This document shows positions 24,871 through 34,382 of a stretch of 42,633 nt of DNA, in pieces. The notes under the pieces are model-generated. The model was not told the origin of the DNA and did not search any database. It saw only the letters and a list, made by a program, of their open reading frames with translations. Source of the stretch: a virus (taxonomy: Duplodnaviria > Caudoviricetes); the IMG/VR virus record IMGVR_UViG_3300049004_000034, positions 1 through 42,633 of that record, one strand, 5' to 3'. Both the position numbers and the translations under genes were made by a program. Numbering within the stretch: the stretch's first letter is position 1; each line of letters begins with the position of its first letter.

Positions 24871-24925
24871 TATTCCATCGAGCAATTGACTTATCTCAAC
24901 CGTAACCCAATGAGAGAGAGTCAGC
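24835..24925 (-). ncRNA. Candidate ~90-nt small RNA
   Basis: TTGACA-16bp-TAAGTT promoter (24932-24959), no ORF, 5' hairpin, then terminator. Confidence 0.55.
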
Positions 24926-24955
24926 GGAAGCAACTTACCAGGTTATGGTCATATG

Positions 24956-25273
24956 TCAAGGCCACTGCAACGAAGGCAGGAAACGCCGCTCTCCTCGGGG
25001 CGGCCAATAGCAAAGCTCGGCCTTGGCCCCCGCTTTGTAGGCTTCTCGCAAAAGCTCAGCCCGCTCGGCTGTGCGGAAGTTCATGTAGGGGCCGCCGGAG
25101 ACGTTAGCCTTGACCTCAATGAAGCGGGGAAGCTCTCCAGCCTTCAGAGCTACGAGATCAGCGACGCCCTTTGAAGCTGGCGAGCGCAGGACCCACCAAG
25201 AGCCCCCGGCCTCCGATTCGAGATAGCGCTTGACATCTCGCTCTCTCGCGTGGCCTTTGGAGACCGCCGTCAC
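24956..25273 (-). CDS. Holliday junction resolvase, Hjc-like PD-(D/E)xK nuclease
   Basis: KG..RERDV...VLRSPASKGVADLVAL...FIEVK. Confidence 0.85.
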   Translation of the reverse strand: MTAVSKGHARERDVKRYLESEAGGSWWVLRSPASKGVADLVALKAGELPRFIEVKANVSGGPYMNFRTAERAELLREAYKAGAKAELCYWPPRGERRFLPSLQWP

Positions 25274-25332
25274 CGAACGAGCAGAACCACGATCACGACG
25301 ATCAGCAGGATGACGAGAAGGGTCGTGATCAT
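25270..25332 (-). CDS. 20-aa hydrophobic peptide
   Basis: MITTLLVILLIVVIVVLLVR; ATGA and GTGA overlaps with neighbours. Confidence 0.65.
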   Translation of the reverse strand: MITTLLVILLIVVIVVLLVR

Positions 25333-25517
25333 TTCCTGAGCCCTCGTCCAGCCTGGTTCCGGGCGTGGCCTACGGCCCCACCGCCTGCACTCGTAATGCC
25401 CCAGGCAGCCAGCGCTTCGAAGATCGAGATATCATGGTTGAGGTAGCCGACCAGGGCGAGCAGACCCCCGCCGATCGCGGTTACCGTAGCGAGGGGAATG
25501 TCGTCAAGGAATTTCAT
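25329..25517 (-). CDS. Putative holin
   Basis: Two TM segments, basic C-terminus, GAGGA RBS, near endolysin. Confidence 0.6.
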   Translation of the reverse strand: MKFLDDIPLATVTAIGGGLLALVGYLNHDISIFEALAAWGITSAGGGAVGHARNQAGRGLRK

Positions 25518-25660
25518 CAGTCCTCTGTCTTTTCGTCGTGCAGTTTGTAGCCAACGGCCAGAGCCTGTAGCTCCAAGGCCATCCGCATCGTACGCAGCGG
25601 CCTAGGCGTTCCTTCCAGCCAGGTCCGGTCTGCCTTGAGTTCCTGCATGTTTGTGTTCAT
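25517..25660 (-). CDS. 47-aa hypothetical protein (leaderless)
   Basis: TAGGCT-N6-ATG; TGATG coupling to holin. Confidence 0.5.
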   Translation of the reverse strand: MNTNMQELKADRTWLEGTPRPLRTMRMALELQALAVGYKLHDEKTED

Positions 25661-25669
25661 GATTGCAGC

Positions 25670-26506
25670 CTACAGGTAAGTGCGAATCACGAAGTCGGAA
25701 TCCCCGAACAGATCGAAAACCCCTTCGTCGATTGGAGGGCTGCCGTGCCCACAAGTAGTTTGCCTCTCGGGGTCAAGGACGACCTCAACATGGTGATGCG
25801 GGAACGACCCATACAGCACGAGATCCCCAACCTTCGCCAGGGCTGCCGGGACCTCCTTGCCATGTGCTCCCTCCGTGCCGGTGTAGCCTTCGTGGTAGTC
25901 GGTGGCGCTCGGGTCTTTCAGGCCACAACAGAAGTAGATCCCATCGGCAAAGGTCGAGCAGTCGAAGATATGGCCGTAAGGCATCCCTTCAAGCATCTTG
26001 CCGTAGAGTCGTTCGGCACCGCTTTGGCTGTAATAGCCGGGTTGTTTGCCGTGCTGGTAGTTCAGCATGGCCCGTAGAAGGGCTGCTCTGAGGCGTTGGC
26101 GGGCGGTCCCTCCTTCGACTTTGTTCCCGGAGATCACGACTCCATGCGTCTTCCTCCATTTCGTCAGTTCAGCTTCGATCTTGTCTTCGTGGACGCCGAG
26201 GTCGTGCTTCCTTTGGACGCCCTGCTTGACTTTGTCTCGCCAGTAGACGGAGCGCAGATGGGCCTTGTGAGCGCGGTGTAGGCAGCGATCGGCCTTGCGG
26301 GTCTCCGCTTCCCCTTTGACCTGATCTTGGTTGGGGCCGAAGTGGAGCACCTTGTCGGCGGCTTCCTGTGCCTTCACGGCTTTCGCCTTCTCCCGGCCTT
26401 CGAGCGCGATGTTGGCCTTGTAGCGCTTACGGGCCTTCTTCAACTGTGTCTGGTTACTGGTCAGCTTCTCAACGATCTTGGCAAGTCGTGCTTTGATCCT
26501 AGCCAT
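25670..26506 (-). CDS. Endolysin, NlpC/P60-like cysteine peptidase with N-terminal coiled coil
   Basis: YYSQ...FDCSTF...GYTGT...GDLVLYG..HHHVE; flanked by membrane proteins. Confidence 0.8.
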   Translation of the reverse strand: MARIKARLAKIVEKLTSNQTQLKKARKRYKANIALEGREKAKAVKAQEAADKVLHFGPNQDQVKGEAETRKADRCLHRAHKAHLRSVYWRDKVKQGVQRKHDLGVHEDKIEAELTKWRKTHGVVISGNKVEGGTARQRLRAALLRAMLNYQHGKQPGYYSQSGAERLYGKMLEGMPYGHIFDCSTFADGIYFCCGLKDPSATDYHEGYTGTEGAHGKEVPAALAKVGDLVLYGSFPHHHVEVVLDPERQTTCGHGSPPIDEGVFDLFGDSDFVIRTYL

Positions 26507-27256
26507 CTAGGGAATCCCTTCTATCGTTACTTCAGGAGGTTTGATTTCGACTTTAACCGGAGTCGTCGGAAGTTCTGGGCGTTGAGGCGCGTCGACCACG
26601 TTGGTGCCGGGGCCTTCCGCCTGTTGAGATTCAGCGGGCACGGGTGCTTCTTCTGCCGGTTCTTGTGCTTCCGGCGGTGGCGCAGGATGCGTATGCCCTG
26701 TCTGAGGCGCTGTGGGAGCGCTGGGCGCCAACCCAGGCTTCAGTTGGTGGGGAACCCCGGATTCGTCTATCCCGGCGTGAGCAGGCCTGACAACGCTTGG
26801 CAGGAAACCTCCCTGTTTGTGGGGTGATCCTGCGCTCTTGTGGGAGATCCCTCGTGAGACAGGCTTTCTCAGCTTCGGCTCGAAGTGCTGGAGGATTTCG
26901 TGGATCTGTCTGAGCGCCCTGCGGACCTGAAGCCCTACCGGCGGGAACCCCGGAGCGCTTTTGCATTCAGAACCGCGAGCCAGACGCAGAGTCTGCTGCT
27001 GGGCTTGCATGCGGGTGAGGAAGTGGCGGATCGGCTCCACGTTTCCGCTCGGCGTCAAGGACCGAAACCTGTAGCTATTGGCCGTGTTCTGGACTTGAGC
27101 GCAGATGATCGCGTGCTGACTCATCACAGCCGTGCGGATTTCCTTCTGGTTGTCAGAGGCCGTTGGGTTGACCGAGAAGAGAATCAGGCCTAGGGCCACG
27201 AAGAGAGCCAGCACGGTGATCGCGGCCGCGCCTAGAACGACAGGAGGGCGTCTCAT
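26507..27256 (-). CDS. Membrane-anchored protein with Pro-rich tail (lysis cassette)
   Basis: N-terminal TM, Cys pair, PAPPPE-rich C-terminus. Confidence 0.7.
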   Translation of the reverse strand: MRRPPVVLGAAAITVLALFVALGLILFSVNPTASDNQKEIRTAVMSQHAIICAQVQNTANSYRFRSLTPSGNVEPIRHFLTRMQAQQQTLRLARGSECKSAPGFPPVGLQVRRALRQIHEILQHFEPKLRKPVSRGISHKSAGSPHKQGGFLPSVVRPAHAGIDESGVPHQLKPGLAPSAPTAPQTGHTHPAPPPEAQEPAEEAPVPAESQQAEGPGTNVVDAPQRPELPTTPVKVEIKPPEVTIEGIP

Positions 27257-27396
27257 GGTCTCGTGGCCCCGACAATGATTGCCCCTACGAGCAGGATCGC
27301 CAGACAAGAAAGGACGAGGAGGACGATGGGGGGAGTACTGAGCAGTTCCTCATAGATCAGGCGCAGCTCTCGGATGACTCTCTCCGGAAAGCTCAT
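27253..27396 (-). CDS. Small TM protein
   Basis: MSFPERV...IVLLVLSCLAILLVGAIIVG; ATGA overlaps. Confidence 0.65.
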   Translation of the reverse strand: MSFPERVIRELRLIYEELLSTPPIVLLVLSCLAILLVGAIIVGATRP

Positions 27397-27584
27397 TTGC
27401 CTATCGCCCTTGACCCCACGACTGCGCCTAGTGCTACTGCGATAGCCCCGATGGCCCCACCCATTACCTCCGGTTTGGCTCCAATCAGCGCGGCGAGTGG
27501 CAATAGAAGTGTCAAGTACAACAGCGCTAGGGCGAGCAACAAAGGAATCCAATCCCTCCCGGGTCTGTTCTCTTGCTGGCTCAC
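27393..27584 (-). CDS. Two-TM protein (holin-like)
   Basis: Two hydrophobic helices. Confidence 0.65.
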   Translation of the reverse strand: MSQQENRPGRDWIPLLLALALLYLTLLLPLAALIGAKPEVMGGAIGAIAVALGAVVGSRAIGK

Positions 27585-30500
27585 TCATGGTCCGCCTATC
27601 GAGATGCCGTTAGGACCGCCGATACCTCCACCGGCCGGTCCTCCGATTGAACCTGCGCTTGGTCCTCCGATACTGCCTCCCGTCCCGCCTATACCACCGC
27701 GTTTGATCTTTCTAGGGGTTCCCGAAGGCCCCGTCTTCCATGCGTCTTCCAGCATCCTGAGCGCTTTGGATTGTTCTTTGGAAAAGCCTCCCTCACTCGG
27801 GTAGAAGGGAGCCTCGCTTTCTTTCGCCAGGACGCCCCCTTTTTCAGAGGCGTGGACTTCTTTGATCAGGTGTTTCAATCCGGCCCAATCGACTTTGTCG
27901 CCGTTCTTACCGCTGAACAGAACTGCCTGAGCGGCGCGGGAGTCAAGCGTGCTGGGCAGATGCCCCTTGCCGTACTTCAGGTTGAAGGCCTTGGAAAGCG
28001 CTTCTGTGCGACCGAAGTTTCTGCCCGTCTGAGGCAAAAGCGGATTGACTCCGGAACGAATGGTTTTCCCAGGATCAAGCTTTTCATAGGCCTGAGAGGC
28101 GACAGAGCGCTCCGGGCCGCCTAGGGCTTGTAGCCCCTTTTCGCCCAGGCTCTGGTTGCCAAGGAAGGAAGCACGGGCACGTAGAGGGAAGGGGAGACTT
28201 GTGATCTGTTCGAGAGCTGCCCAGCCCTTGGGCTTCGTAGTCTTTTCCCCGCTGAAGGGTTCAATCCCCGTGAAAGCCGTTATCCCAGATGAAATGAGTG
28301 GGTTGGCGCTGGAAAGAACCGCTGCGGGGTTGGCGCTGCCCAAAGCCTGGGTCACCGATGACTGTCCGGGAGAAATGCGCGTGCCGCCGGGGAGGACGGA
28401 CTTCCTGCCAGTCGGCCCCTCATAGACGGGCATTGCAAAGGCCAGGGGATTGGATGGTTTCGCCGGGGCGTTGGTCCTTTGCAGCCCGGCTTCATGCAGT
28501 CCTTCTCCCGTCAGCTTTTCGATCTGGTTGGCGTTGGCCTGGCCCAGCATGTAGGCGGCCGTCGCCATGATCGGGTGGTCCCTAGGAAAAGCCCAGGCAG
28601 TCCAGCGCAGCGAGTAGCGCAGGAAGCCGTAGAAGATCGCCAGTGGGGCGAAGGCGCGCTCATAGCGGGTGAAGGCGGTCCAGTTGCCCATCGAAGAGTC
28701 CATGTGGTCTTCGAGTTTGGCTTTCCAACGCTTGCCCTCCGGGTCCTTTTCCAGCCATTCCCAGAGTTTCTCGCGTGGCTGGTGACGAAAGCGCTGGGAT
28801 AGCTCGGCCTGCATATCGAACATCCCGGTCACGCCTTTGTGCCAGGCGCGGAACTGTTTGTCGGCCTTCATCGCGTAGACGACCTGGCGCAACTCGGACT
28901 CGAAACGAGCATTGGCTTTGCCAAGCATTTCCAGCTTTGCAAAGGAAAGAGCGGTCCGCGCTGGTTTACCTCGCGTCAGTGCCTTCGCACCACGTGCCCA
29001 CTCAACCGGCGTGAGGGCCTCCTGCATATCGAGAGGCGTGCGTAGAGCGGCACTAGAGATCGACTGCGCTCCCGCCGCTCCCTCCATTGCCAACGCTGCC
29101 TCGGGGTTGTTCTTGCGCTGTTTGAGAACGTTGCGGTAGATCGAAGCCACGTGGACGGGGTTGAGCAGGCCCGGATTCGTTAGGATCGCCGAGATCGCCA
29201 CTGCGGGCAGTTGGGCTATAAACCAGGCGGGGTTGGTGCCGAGCAGGGTTCTGACCGCACCACGGTTGACTGTATTGGCGACTTTGGTTATCTCGTGGTG
29301 CTGGGCGCTTACCTGTGCCCTGGCCTCAACGATGGCCTCTCGCGGTACGAGCAGGGAGGGTTCGTGGCCCTTGACCTTCCCGGCCTCGGCTTCATCCAAG
29401 ATACGGGTGATAGTCGTGGTCCGCTCTGCCTCGCTCATGTAGGGGTCTTTCAGCGCCGAGTTGAACTCTCGCAAGGCCAATCGCCCGTAGCTTTTCGGGT
29501 CGACCTGTCCGCCGTTGGGGTTCTCCTTCGTCCTGCGCGTCGTGATCGCTTTCCAGTCCTTGGCGTCGCGGATGATGAAGCGCTCTTTGCCGTCAAGTCT
29601 GAAGGGCGTCTTGAAGGTCTCGGGAATCGCGCGCATGAATTGGCGTGCTGCCTCACGTTGACGGGGGACGTGGGCTACGCCTCTAACCAAGCCCTCAAGG
29701 CTGCGGTCGAGGTTGTCTTCCAGCGCGGTTTGGCCAGTCCGCATGTGTTCAACCGTGGCGGGACGTTGCCCCGGCGTCCCCTCAAGCCCGGCTCCGCGCT
29801 GCTCAAGGGGAGCATGGTGGGTCCAGATGGCCGAGGCATAGCCCTCAGTTGTACGAGCGGTTTCAACCCGATCTTTGTAGCGACCAAGCATTTCATCGTT
29901 ATAGGGCTTCAGTTTGCTCTGGTCGATGTTGCGCTCGGGATGCGTAAAGTCCTTGATCTCGCCGTAGAGCGCTTTGTTCTGCTTGAACTGCGCACGAGCC
30001 TCGGCGTAGCGAGCCCGGCCTTGGTCCAGAACGCGCTGGCGATCTGTCCCTTTTAGGACCTCGGCCTGATTGAAGAGTTTGCGGCCTTCTTTGCGCAGCT
30101 CCGTTACGCGCTTGTCGTCTGCCGCCAGTTTGTCCCAAGCTTCCTGACGCGTGGTAGCCCCGCTCAGCTTCTCAGCCTTCGCTGAGATCATCTCCTCGGG
30201 CCGGTGGATGCCGAAGAGATCACCTTGGGGGAGCAGCCGTGCTCGCTCGCCCTTGCCAACCACAGCAGCAGGCGCCGCCTCTCCGGCGTTCTTAACAGTC
30301 TCCAGCACCCTCAGAGTCGCCTTGTGCTTCCAGACCTCTGGATGCTTTTCGAGGTAATCGACTGCCTCTAGAAGTTGTTTATCTCCCGGCCCCTCGTGGC
30401 GCAATTTAGGAATATGGCGCGGATCTCTCGCCCCATACTCGGCCAGAACTTGCATCGCCTTGTGCGCCTCGGGGGGGAGATCGGCGGCGGCGTGAGCAAT

Positions 30501-31925
30501 TGAGGCCTCGTGTCTCTCCCTAGCAATCCGCTGTGGATTATCGATCCGCTGCTTGACCAGGGCCACCTTCTTACGTAGTCCTTTGCGCTCGGACAGCCCC
30601 GTGACGCGAGGCTTTGACCCAGCAGGGGCGTGACGAACCTTGGCGTTCAAAGTGTCGCTGCGAGAAGCGACTTTGCGTCGTGCCTCGTTAGCCGTCTCGC
30701 GCAAAACCCCCCGTCCACGCTCATAGGCCTTGAGCCGTGTAATGGCGGGGAGCGGGGTAGCAAGCGCAAGAGAGCCCTCTTTGCGCGCTGCTTCTTCAGC
30801 CTTCTTTGTGTCTCCCGAGAATGCTTGGCCGACGATGTGGCCTACACCCTTGACCTGTTCCTCTGCCGTGTTTACTAGCGGAGCGGGCGTCCCGTGCTTG
30901 ATCGAGCTAGCCGTTGCTCCAAGTAGCGCTGCTGGGCCGGTGATAGCTCCCGCGAGAGATCGTCCAGTAGTCTCAAGAGTTTCGGCGGGATGCTGGGCGA
31001 GAGCCTTTGCGCTTCCTTCCGCAAACGCACGTGCTCTCTTGGTCGCGTCCCCAGGTAGAGCGCCTTCTGGAAGAACGACTGCTGCGCCATACCCCGAGCG
31101 TACAGGGTGCCGTCGGGCGGAACGTGCGGTCTCCTTCGCAGCCGCCCGACGCCCCTGTTTAGTAGCTACTGCACGTCTCGCGCGCTTCGGTGCGCTTCGC
31201 AGCCTAGCAGGAGTCGCCTTGACTTTGGCTGCCTTCCTGGCTGGGTAGGAACGGGCGCTCTTAGCCACGCGGGTAGCGGCGCTCTCTGCTGCGCTCGTCC
31301 CCTTCGAGGCGATGGTCTTGAGACCGACCTCCTCGATTCCCTTGGCTGCGCCCTTGACCACTGCGCCAGCCCCTCCGGCCAGAGAGGCGATTTCAATCGC
31401 GTGGGTGATGTCTTCCGGTTCGCCCAGGTTTTCTTTCGTGGCAAGTTTTGCCAGTGCCGTGTCTGAGGCGCGTTTGTAGGCGCTCGGGTATTTCAGCTTC
31501 TCGACGGCCGGAGGGAACGTGCCGTGGGCCCGAGCCTGGCGCAGGATCGTGCTCGGCTCACCTTCCGCACGATGCTGTGTCCGGGTCTCGCGTTGGAGCG
31601 TGTCGAGAGCACGCAGGCGCTTGACCTTGCGCGCGGTTTCATGTTCGAGGCGCTTGCTCTTGCGCTCAATCGTTTTAGGGAGACTGGGCACTCTCAGCAA
31701 GCTCCCAGCCTCCGTGTCCCTATGCAAGGGCTGAGGGGACGGCGGGGAGACTATACGATGTTCCGCGGGTGTAGCTTTTCTGCGGATCGAAGGAACTGAA
31801 GACTGGCTGCGATATGGCCCTGCAGGCTCGTGAGAAGCCTTGTAAGCGCCTTCGGCTTTCTTCCCCTTAGCGGTAGGCGCGAAGACGAGAGGAACCGCTG
31901 GTGGTCGCTTGAGCTTCTTGGTCAT
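27585..31925 (-). CDS. Large internal virion / DNA ejection protein
   Basis: 1446 aa, last structural gene before lysis; basic, Ala-rich; GIEPFSGE motif near C-terminus; terminal IGGP repeats. Confidence 0.7.
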   Translation of the reverse strand: MTKKLKRPPAVPLVFAPTAKGKKAEGAYKASHEPAGPYRSQSSVPSIRRKATPAEHRIVSPPSPQPLHRDTEAGSLLRVPSLPKTIERKSKRLEHETARKVKRLRALDTLQRETRTQHRAEGEPSTILRQARAHGTFPPAVEKLKYPSAYKRASDTALAKLATKENLGEPEDITHAIEIASLAGGAGAVVKGAAKGIEEVGLKTIASKGTSAAESAATRVAKSARSYPARKAAKVKATPARLRSAPKRARRAVATKQGRRAAAKETARSARRHPVRSGYGAAVVLPEGALPGDATKRARAFAEGSAKALAQHPAETLETTGRSLAGAITGPAALLGATASSIKHGTPAPLVNTAEEQVKGVGHIVGQAFSGDTKKAEEAARKEGSLALATPLPAITRLKAYERGRGVLRETANEARRKVASRSDTLNAKVRHAPAGSKPRVTGLSERKGLRKKVALVKQRIDNPQRIARERHEASIAHAAADLPPEAHKAMQVLAEYGARDPRHIPKLRHEGPGDKQLLEAVDYLEKHPEVWKHKATLRVLETVKNAGEAAPAAVVGKGERARLLPQGDLFGIHRPEEMISAKAEKLSGATTRQEAWDKLAADDKRVTELRKEGRKLFNQAEVLKGTDRQRVLDQGRARYAEARAQFKQNKALYGEIKDFTHPERNIDQSKLKPYNDEMLGRYKDRVETARTTEGYASAIWTHHAPLEQRGAGLEGTPGQRPATVEHMRTGQTALEDNLDRSLEGLVRGVAHVPRQREAARQFMRAIPETFKTPFRLDGKERFIIRDAKDWKAITTRRTKENPNGGQVDPKSYGRLALREFNSALKDPYMSEAERTTTITRILDEAEAGKVKGHEPSLLVPREAIVEARAQVSAQHHEITKVANTVNRGAVRTLLGTNPAWFIAQLPAVAISAILTNPGLLNPVHVASIYRNVLKQRKNNPEAALAMEGAAGAQSISSAALRTPLDMQEALTPVEWARGAKALTRGKPARTALSFAKLEMLGKANARFESELRQVVYAMKADKQFRAWHKGVTGMFDMQAELSQRFRHQPREKLWEWLEKDPEGKRWKAKLEDHMDSSMGNWTAFTRYERAFAPLAIFYGFLRYSLRWTAWAFPRDHPIMATAAYMLGQANANQIEKLTGEGLHEAGLQRTNAPAKPSNPLAFAMPVYEGPTGRKSVLPGGTRISPGQSSVTQALGSANPAAVLSSANPLISSGITAFTGIEPFSGEKTTKPKGWAALEQITSLPFPLRARASFLGNQSLGEKGLQALGGPERSVASQAYEKLDPGKTIRSGVNPLLPQTGRNFGRTEALSKAFNLKYGKGHLPSTLDSRAAQAVLFSGKNGDKVDWAGLKHLIKEVHASEKGGVLAKESEAPFYPSEGGFSKEQSKALRMLEDAWKTGPSGTPRKIKRGGIGGTGGSIGGPSAGSIGGPAGGGIGGPNGISIGGP

Positions 31926-33073
31926 CAGGGGAAGCCCGGGAGTGCTTTCTTCAGCGCCGAGCTACGCCTGTTTTTAGCTTCGACCTTCTTCTTGATTCGA
32001 GCTACGGCAGCTCTAGCTTCCGCTGGAGTGATTTCGCTTTCCTTCGCAACGGCTGTAGCCAGTTCCCCCCAGGAGTTCCAGCCGACGTGGTTGCCTTCCG
32101 CATCTTTGGTCCCCGCTTCGTACTGATTGCGAGCTGCGGCTATGGCCTTGCGGTTGACGCCGCCTTTCCCACCCGATTCCCGAGCTTCACGTCGGGCTTT
32201 GCGTTCTGCCGTAGCAGCGTTCCTGGCGCTGGCATTGGAAGAGCGCCTTGAAGCTTCTGCCGAGATACGGGATGAACCCGCGCTGAAGCGGGAGACAGCT
32301 CTGTCCGCCGCGTTTTCCCTGGCTTTCTGAGCCCGTTCGATAGCCGCTTCCTTGGAGCCCACGGCCAGTTCCTTGCCTTTCTGCCCGAACGCCTGTTTCT
32401 GGATCGCGTAGTCCCGCGCGCCTTCCCGCAGTTTCTCCAGGTTCGAGACGACCGCCTGACCGCGCTCCTTCTTACCTGCCCGGAGGTCTTCCTTGATTTT
32501 ACGCCTACGTGAGGTCTCCGCCTTGCGAGCCTCTATGCCGCGTTCTGTGGCCGAGACGCCCCGTTGTCCCAGGTAGTTCTGGTAATTGGCTCTTTCTGCG
32601 GTGAGGGGCGACGTCAGGGCGACTCGCTGCTGGGCGATGGCCGTAGCGCCCGCCGAGGCCGAAGGCGCGTTGGAGACGCCGACCTGGTTGGTGCCGAGCA
32701 GTTTCCCCAATGCTTCATTTTTGGAAGCGGTTTCTTTGAGCGCGGTTTGGTCAGAGGCGCTAGCGTTGGCAAGCCGCTGCGTCAGCGCCGTCTCGGCTGC
32801 CTGAGATGACGTGGCGGCGTTTTGCTGCGCCTGTCCGATCTGGGAGGTCAGTCCTCCGTACCAGTTGCCTAGTTCCCCCTCACGTTTCTTGGAGCCCGCG
32901 ACTTCAGATCTAAGCCCGCGCAGGACTGGTCTATAGACCGTATTAGCCTGCGCTCGTGCGGTCTTCGCAGCCCTTTTTGGAGTTGGAGATTCTATAAATC
33001 TCGCCTGGGCTTTCTGTTCGCGTGCTTCGCGGTGAAGCTGACGTTTGATCTGGTTCCGGCGCTGTTTAGGCAT
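31925..33073 (-). CDS. Putative internal virion/ejection protein
   Basis: Helical, A/R/K-rich; coupled. Confidence 0.6.
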   Translation of the reverse strand: MPKQRRNQIKRQLHREAREQKAQARFIESPTPKRAAKTARAQANTVYRPVLRGLRSEVAGSKKREGELGNWYGGLTSQIGQAQQNAATSSQAAETALTQRLANASASDQTALKETASKNEALGKLLGTNQVGVSNAPSASAGATAIAQQRVALTSPLTAERANYQNYLGQRGVSATERGIEARKAETSRRRKIKEDLRAGKKERGQAVVSNLEKLREGARDYAIQKQAFGQKGKELAVGSKEAAIERAQKARENAADRAVSRFSAGSSRISAEASRRSSNASARNAATAERKARREARESGGKGGVNRKAIAAARNQYEAGTKDAEGNHVGWNSWGELATAVAKESEITPAEARAAVARIKKKVEAKNRRSSALKKALPGFP

Positions 33074-33810
33074 TAGCCGATTCCTTTATTTCGTTTGAAC
33101 CCACCGCCGCCGCCTTTTTTGTTTTTGCTTTTATTCCCGCCGCCGCCACCTGAAGGCGCGGGACCAACCGGAACAGGTTCCGGAGCCACTTCAGCCGCTC
33201 GCTGAATTGCAGCTTCCTGCGCTGCCAGTTCTTTTTCCTGCCGGATCTGCTGCGCTTCGTTGCGCTGTGCGCCCCATTTGGCTTCGTCGGCCGCAAGCTG
33301 CTGCTGGAGGCCGTACTGGCCTTCGTTATAGCCACGTTCGACCTGGCCGAGGTGGTTGACAGTCGCGCCTGAGTAGAGCTGACCCGGTCGCTGGTTGGCC
33401 CCCCGGTTGCCGATTTCTCTCTGGCGCTGAAGCAGGGAAGCCTGGGAGTAGGGGTTGTTTTCATAGCCCGCGCCAAGGCCGATGTTGCGCCTCGTGAAGT
33501 CTTCGTTCGCGCCGATAGCCGCGATGGCGTTCCCGTAGCTCATCCCGGCTACATTGACCTGATCGGTGGCAGAGGAATCCCAAGGCATGGCGTTAGAAGC
33601 TTGCGGGAGGCCGTTAGAGCCCTGTGCGCCTGCCCCCTGACCTCCGGCCCCAGCTCCGCCTTTGTAGCCCGCAGAGGCTCTTGCAGGACGCCCGCGAGAA
33701 ACCCCGATGTTTCCGCTCGCCCTCCGGTTCTGAGAGACCGAGAGCCGCGGTTGCGCAGGGCGGTTCTGGGCTACGGCTGCGCGTATGACCGCTCTACGAG
33801 GACGGGCCAC
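33073..33810 (-). CDS. Putative internal virion protein
   Basis: G/Q/A-rich; GQLYSG motif. Confidence 0.6.
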   Translation of the reverse strand: MARPRRAVIRAAVAQNRPAQPRLSVSQNRRASGNIGVSRGRPARASAGYKGGAGAGGQGAGAQGSNGLPQASNAMPWDSSATDQVNVAGMSYGNAIAAIGANEDFTRRNIGLGAGYENNPYSQASLLQRQREIGNRGANQRPGQLYSGATVNHLGQVERGYNEGQYGLQQQLAADEAKWGAQRNEAQQIRQEKELAAQEAAIQRAAEVAPEPVPVGPAPSGGGGGNKSKNKKGGGGGFKRNKGIG

Positions 33811-33816
33811 GTGTTC

Positions 33817-34269
33817 CTAGTAGAGCTTCCGCTTGGCGCGTTCGAGGCCCTGAGCCCGTTTCGCAGCGACCTGGCGCTGAGCGAACGGACCTTGGATTCC
33901 TTTTGCGCCGCCCGCTCCGAAGACCTGTTTGCGCCAGTCGGCCCCGAAGGCTTTCTGGAGCATCGCCCGCTGACGCGCCACCGTCTGCGCCTGCGTCTGG
34001 TCTATCGCTCCGCTCTGAACGCGGCCCTGGAGCTGCGCGCCCAGTTTGACCGGAGCGCTCAGGGTGCTCCCTTGTCGCGGTGCGCCGCCACCGACCTGGG
34101 GGAAGCGCTGCGGGCGCGGCATGCGCTGTGGGATCTCGGTCTGCCCTCCGGGGCCGGTCGGCTGTTTGCGAGCCTGCCCGAGAGCTTCGCGTATCTGCCT
34201 GCGCCTGGGCGCTTCAGTGCCCCCGCCGACGCCCATCCCATCCATAATGCGTGCTCTGCGTGATGCCAT
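33817..34269 (-). CDS. Basic G/Q/R-rich virion protein
   Basis: GAGGAG RBS before ATG 34269. Confidence 0.65.
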   Translation of the reverse strand: MASRRARIMDGMGVGGGTEAPRRRQIREALGQARKQPTGPGGQTEIPQRMPRPQRFPQVGGGAPRQGSTLSAPVKLGAQLQGRVQSGAIDQTQAQTVARQRAMLQKAFGADWRKQVFGAGGAKGIQGPFAQRQVAAKRAQGLERAKRKLY

Positions 34270-34382
34270 CGTGCTCCTCTGTAGGCGTTCGCCCTGTTTT
34301 TTGGCTTTCGAAGTGATCGTGACTTTGCCGAGGATTTCCCTCGGTCCTTCATTCCTGTGTCCCCTTGAGCCTGGCACCTGCT

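Noticed and set aside
27585-31925. Tape measure protein of a long-tailed phage
   Set aside because: No tail tube, chaperone frameshift or baseplate genes; adaptor plus nozzle order indicates a short tail
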